A DNA stretch of 11,271 nt from Octopus sinensis (Eukaryota): assembly GCF_006345805.1 (NCBI RefSeq), contig NW_021827239.1:1-11271 (forward strand), read 5' to 3'. Position numbers and translations under genes: made by a program. Positions 7,637-11,271 of the stretch are shown one piece after another (position 1 is the stretch's first letter; each line of letters begins with the position of its first letter). The notes under the pieces were generated by a model. It saw only the letters and a program-made list of their open reading frames with translations. It made no database searches and was not told the origin of the DNA.

Positions 7637-7789
7637 GTAAGAGGGCGCCTACTGGCTTAAGCTATACGCCAAAGCAACATTGTAAAAGGAATCGCAGCTG
7701 GACATTACACTGTCCAGAAGCCACTTTTAAAAATATCAACGTCAACACAAGCTCTTTTTCATCAGTTCGTATTTCCTCTTCAGCTTTTT

Positions 7790-7811
7790 CTTCCCTTTTC
7801 TATTTCTTTCT

Positions 7812-7863
<52 letters not shown>

Positions 7864-7915
7864 TCGTTCATCTTTCCCTTACTTAATTATTATTTTATTT
7901 ATTTATTTATTTATT
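7790..7915. repeat. (CTTT)n and (TTTA)n microsatellites
   Basis: Directly visible. Confidence 0.9.
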
Positions 7916-8054
7916 AATGTATCAACATATATTTGTTATTTAGTTATTTCTGTTTTACTTTTCTTTTCTTTCTTATTTCCAGCCTTCGTGAAATTCAAAT
8001 CGTTGTAACGGCCATTACCGTCCTCATTCACGTCTTTGGCCTTTCCATTTGCTC

Positions 8055-8123
8055 ATCTTCTTCTTCTTCTTCTTCTTCTTCTTCTTCTTCTTCTTCTTCT
8101 TCTTCTTCTTCTGATCATCACCA

Positions 8124-8164
<41 letters not shown>

Positions 8165-8242
8165 TATTATTATATTATTATTATTATTATTATTATAATA
8201 ATAATAATAAATTATTATTATTATTATTATTATATATTATTA

Positions 8243-8282
<40 letters not shown>

Positions 8283-8300
8283 TATCATCATCATTATTAT
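8055..8300. repeat. (CTT)n followed by (CAT)/(ATT)n microsatellite
   Basis: Directly visible; same (CTT)n-(ATT)n order as 5498-5737. Confidence 0.95.
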
Positions 8301-8458
8301 TTCGTTTGCCTATACGTTTTAGGTTCAAATTCCACCGAGGTCGTCTTTGCCTTTTGGTCCTTCGGGGTCGATTAAATAAGTACCAGTTACACACTGGCTC
8401 GATGTAATCGACTTAAAACCCTCCCACTGAATCGGCTTCGGGCTACTTGTGCCCATCT
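8300..8458 (+). mobile_element. SINE family A, 5'-truncated copy
   Basis: TTTCGTTTGCCTATACGTTTTAGGTTCAAATTCCACCGAGGTCGTCTTTGCCTTTTGGTCCTTCGGGGTCGATTAAATAAGTACCAGTTACACACTGGCTCGATGTAATCGACT is colinear with 5335-5448. Confidence 0.85.
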
Positions 8459-8638
8459 CCAGTCGTTAAAACCCGACCACTAGCTAGATAACAGGAGTCT
8501 ACTTCAGCTCGCAGTATATAGAAAACTAAGTGACCATCGGTCACTCATCTGCAAGAAGCAAAGTAGCCGGTTAGAAAATATGAATAAGAGATGAAAATAG
8601 CAACTATACTCACAAGCAATGTTAATCGCGACATCAAT

Positions 8639-8909
8639 AGGACTGTGCGGTAAGAGGCTTGCTTCCAAACCACATGGTTCTGGGTTCAGTCCCACTGCTT
8701 GGCACCTTGAACAAGTGTCTTATGCTATAACCTCGGGGCGCCTAAAGCCTTGTGACAACCTGTCTTGGTGTTTTTACGTCACGGTAATTTAAAGGTTCGG
8801 CAAAAGAGACCGCTAGAATAAGTACTAGGGTGTAAAAAAATACCTGGAGTCGATTTCTTCGACTAAACCCCTTCATGGTGGTGCCCCCGACTGAAAATAG
8901 TAAAAGATA
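8639..8909 (+). mobile_element. tRNA-headed SINE family C (CORE-like central segment)
   Basis: A-box-like GACTGTGCGGTAAG and B-box-like GGGTTCAGTCCC (8682-8693). GGCACCTTGAACAAGTGTCTT resembles the CORE motif CCTTGGGCAAGT. Tail GACTGAAAATAGTAAAAGATA. Confidence 0.8.
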
Positions 8910-9139
8910 CAACACACATAAACTCACCTATGTATAAGTATATATATATATGTACGCCATGATAGATCGTTAGCCACTACACATTTTTTTCTCTCCTTGT
9001 TTTTTCTGTGTCCCTTTCTGTTCAAGAGCGTAGGCTCGATACGTAAAATACTTTTTCTGTTCCTGAGCGTTATACTTATACATCTGTTTGTTTTGTACAC
9101 CACCTGTCTTCGTCTTTTGTTTTTTACGTAAACTCTCCC

Positions 9140-9370
<231 letters not shown>

Positions 9371-9375
<5 letters not shown>

Positions 9376-9555
9376 AAAAAGCAGCAAAAATATCACAAAC
9401 TGTTACTCTGAGTTCCACGATCTCGACGAACGGGAACGTGAAACTCTGAGTGACAGTTTCTGTGATATTTTTGCTGCTTTTTAATAAAGCATATTACTCT
9501 ACCTCTGGTATTCGAGTACTATTTTTTCCACCTTGTTTCGCATTTATGTGCTTAC

Positions 9556-9556
<1 letters not shown>
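9371..9556 (+). mobile_element. Probable Penelope-like element pLTR fragment with a partial inverted duplication
   Basis: 9371-9419 and 9437-9487 are inverted repeats (3 mismatches, one 2 nt indel). A hammerhead-like motif at 9423-9459 is followed by AATAAA (9483-9488). The block sits between microsatellites. Confidence 0.55.
9423..9459 (+). ncRNA. Degenerate minimal hammerhead ribozyme motif
   Basis: TCGACGA (core CTGANGA with 2 changes), stem II ACG-GGAA-CGT, GAAA, stem III ACTC-T-GAGT, cleavage triplet GTG (violates the NUH rule), then ACAGTTT. Confidence 0.55.
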
Positions 9557-9610
<54 letters not shown>

Positions 9611-9644
9611 CTATCTATCTATCTATCTATCTATCTGTATATGT

Positions 9645-9684
<40 letters not shown>

Positions 9685-9690
9685 GCAGGT
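9557..9690. repeat. (CTAT)n, (CA)n and (TA)n microsatellites
   Basis: Directly visible. Confidence 0.96.
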
Positions 9691-10019
9691 ATGCACGTAT
9701 AAATTACATACGTAAACATAGGTAGATATTTAACCCCAATAATATATGCGTTAATGAGTAAGCACGAAAGAAATATAACAAACAATAAACCTCCGTTGCT
9801 ATTTCATCTTCTTCATTTTGAGGTAAGAAGCGAGATGAATAATATTATACGAAGAACGAAGGTGAGAAGAAGATGGAGTAGAAAGAGAAGAAGAAATTGT
9901 TTCGAAGAGCAAAAACAAATAAACAAGCAAACAGGAGAAGATAAGTGGATTCCTAAATCCGAAATTTCATAATAAATCCGATGCGTGATGGAGAGATATA
10001 TGAGGCAGCCATGTTTTTT

Positions 10020-10364
10020 TAATATGTATGTGTATAGCTGTCACCCTCATACACTTTCTGGTTACTCTTCCGTATACATACATACATACATACATACATA
10101 CATACATACATGTATGTATGTATGTATATGCATACACACATACATGTATGTATGTATGTATATGCATACACATATTACTGTACACAAATATTCGAAAACA
10201 CGTACACATGTGTGTATGTATATATATACACATGTATGTAGGTATGTATCCATGTATGCATACATATATATGTATATATACACACACAGGTGTCTGTTTT
10301 TTAGTATGTTTGTGTATGTTAGTGTGTGCTAGCATGTGTGTAAAATACATATATAAGTATATTG

Positions 10365-10420
<56 letters not shown>

Positions 10421-10600
10421 ATATAAATTATATATATATATATACATATATATATGTATATATATATATAACATATGTATAAATCGACATTAATATATAT
10501 ATGAGTTTATTATTCTTTTACATATACATACATACACATACACACTTACACACAAACGCACACTCACATATACACATACATATATATGCATATTTCATAA
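10020..10600. repeat. (CATA)/(TATG)/(TA)n low-complexity tract including a perfect 34 bp tandem duplication at 10105-10172
   Basis: Directly visible; CATACATGTATGTATGTATGTATATGCATACACA occurs twice in tandem. Confidence 0.9.
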
Positions 10601-10643
10601 ATACACGTTTGTCTCTTTATTCATTGCGTCGTTCCAGAGAAGT

Positions 10644-10670
10644 GTGTTTGTGTGTGTATGCGTGTGTGTC

Positions 10671-10742
<72 letters not shown>

Positions 10743-10773
10743 TGTGTATGTGTGTGTGTGCATGCGCGCGCGC
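10644..10773. repeat. (TG)n microsatellite ending in a short (CG)n run
   Basis: Directly visible alternating purine-pyrimidine tract. Confidence 0.95.
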
Positions 10774-11080
10774 TCAGAATGAAGAAACCATCTCGGCTTG
10801 GTGCGGTGCCGTGGGGGTGTTGGGATGGATGTGTGACGCGTTGTGGTGGATTGCGGTTGTATTGCAAAGAACGTTTGTGTATTTTGTAGTTTGGTATAGC
10901 CTAACGGAATATATAAGATTACAAGGAAATGGATACGGCTCTTGGATGCGGCTCACGTGTGCAATAGAATTTATATGTGCTGTGTGCAGTTCCATATATT
11001 GGCAGAGCAACACACGGCAGACGGAGGCAAGTCATTGCAATATCGGCTGTGAATCACCAGCGCTAGACGTGTATGGAATA

Positions 11081-11271
11081 TTAAGTGAGCCAGAAGTCAC
11101 GCTGACAATGCGCCGAGTTGTGCTTGGTTGGTGATGCTGGGGGTGGTGATCTCAGTGGTGGTGGTGGTGGTGGTGGTGGTGGTATTTTTGATACTACTGT
11201 TGGTGCTGGCTTTGGTGTTGGCGGCAACGGCGGCGGTGGCGAGGGCTATGGATGTCGAAACCATTGGTGGT
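11081..11271 (-). CDS. Possible low-complexity coding exon end running off the window edge; frame unresolved
   Basis: GC-rich region. Minus frames give a Pro-rich 54 aa stretch (11245-11081) or a Thr/Ala-rich 57 aa stretch (11270-11097). Both could arise from decayed (ACC)n repeats. Confidence 0.15.

Noticed and set aside
5281-8700. tRNA genes suggested by A/B-box-like motifs
   Set aside because: The motifs are heads of diverged SINE copies with downstream SINE bodies. There is no clean cloverleaf or poly-T terminator.
9754-9972. 72 aa basic ORF (MSKHERN...)
   Set aside because: Purine-rich (AAG/GAA) low-complexity composition accounts for the Lys/Arg/Glu bias; no homology recognised.

Overview
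This is AT-rich, microsatellite-dense animal genomic DNA. The SINE sequences and repeat style look like an Octopus (cephalopod) genome; that is recognition from memory, not a database search. I can support no protein-coding gene with confidence, and nearly every ORF in the supplied track is a translated simple repeat. There is no CRISPR array, operon or other prokaryotic system. The window holds: (1) six copies or fragments of one tRNA-headed SINE family (family A), four of them in a five-element cluster joined mostly by (ATT)n tracts at 5172-6924; (2) a second tRNA-headed SINE (family C, 8639-8909) that shares a 3' module with family A; (3) a ~560 bp interspersed element embedded in (ATT)n (6031-6590); (4) several fold-back structures, the best being a ~117 nt hairpin containing a degenerate Penelope-type hammerhead motif (9371-9487), a ~206 nt palindrome with perfect 23 bp termini (2874-3079) and a 19 bp-stem hairpin (2045-2108); (5) a few + strand splice-signal sets, the best a canonical-looking 94 nt intron at 3771-3864. 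Most findings are variants of known transposon biology. I do not see a clearly new biological system. The hammerhead relics and the apparent (ATT)n targeting are the leads most worth checking.
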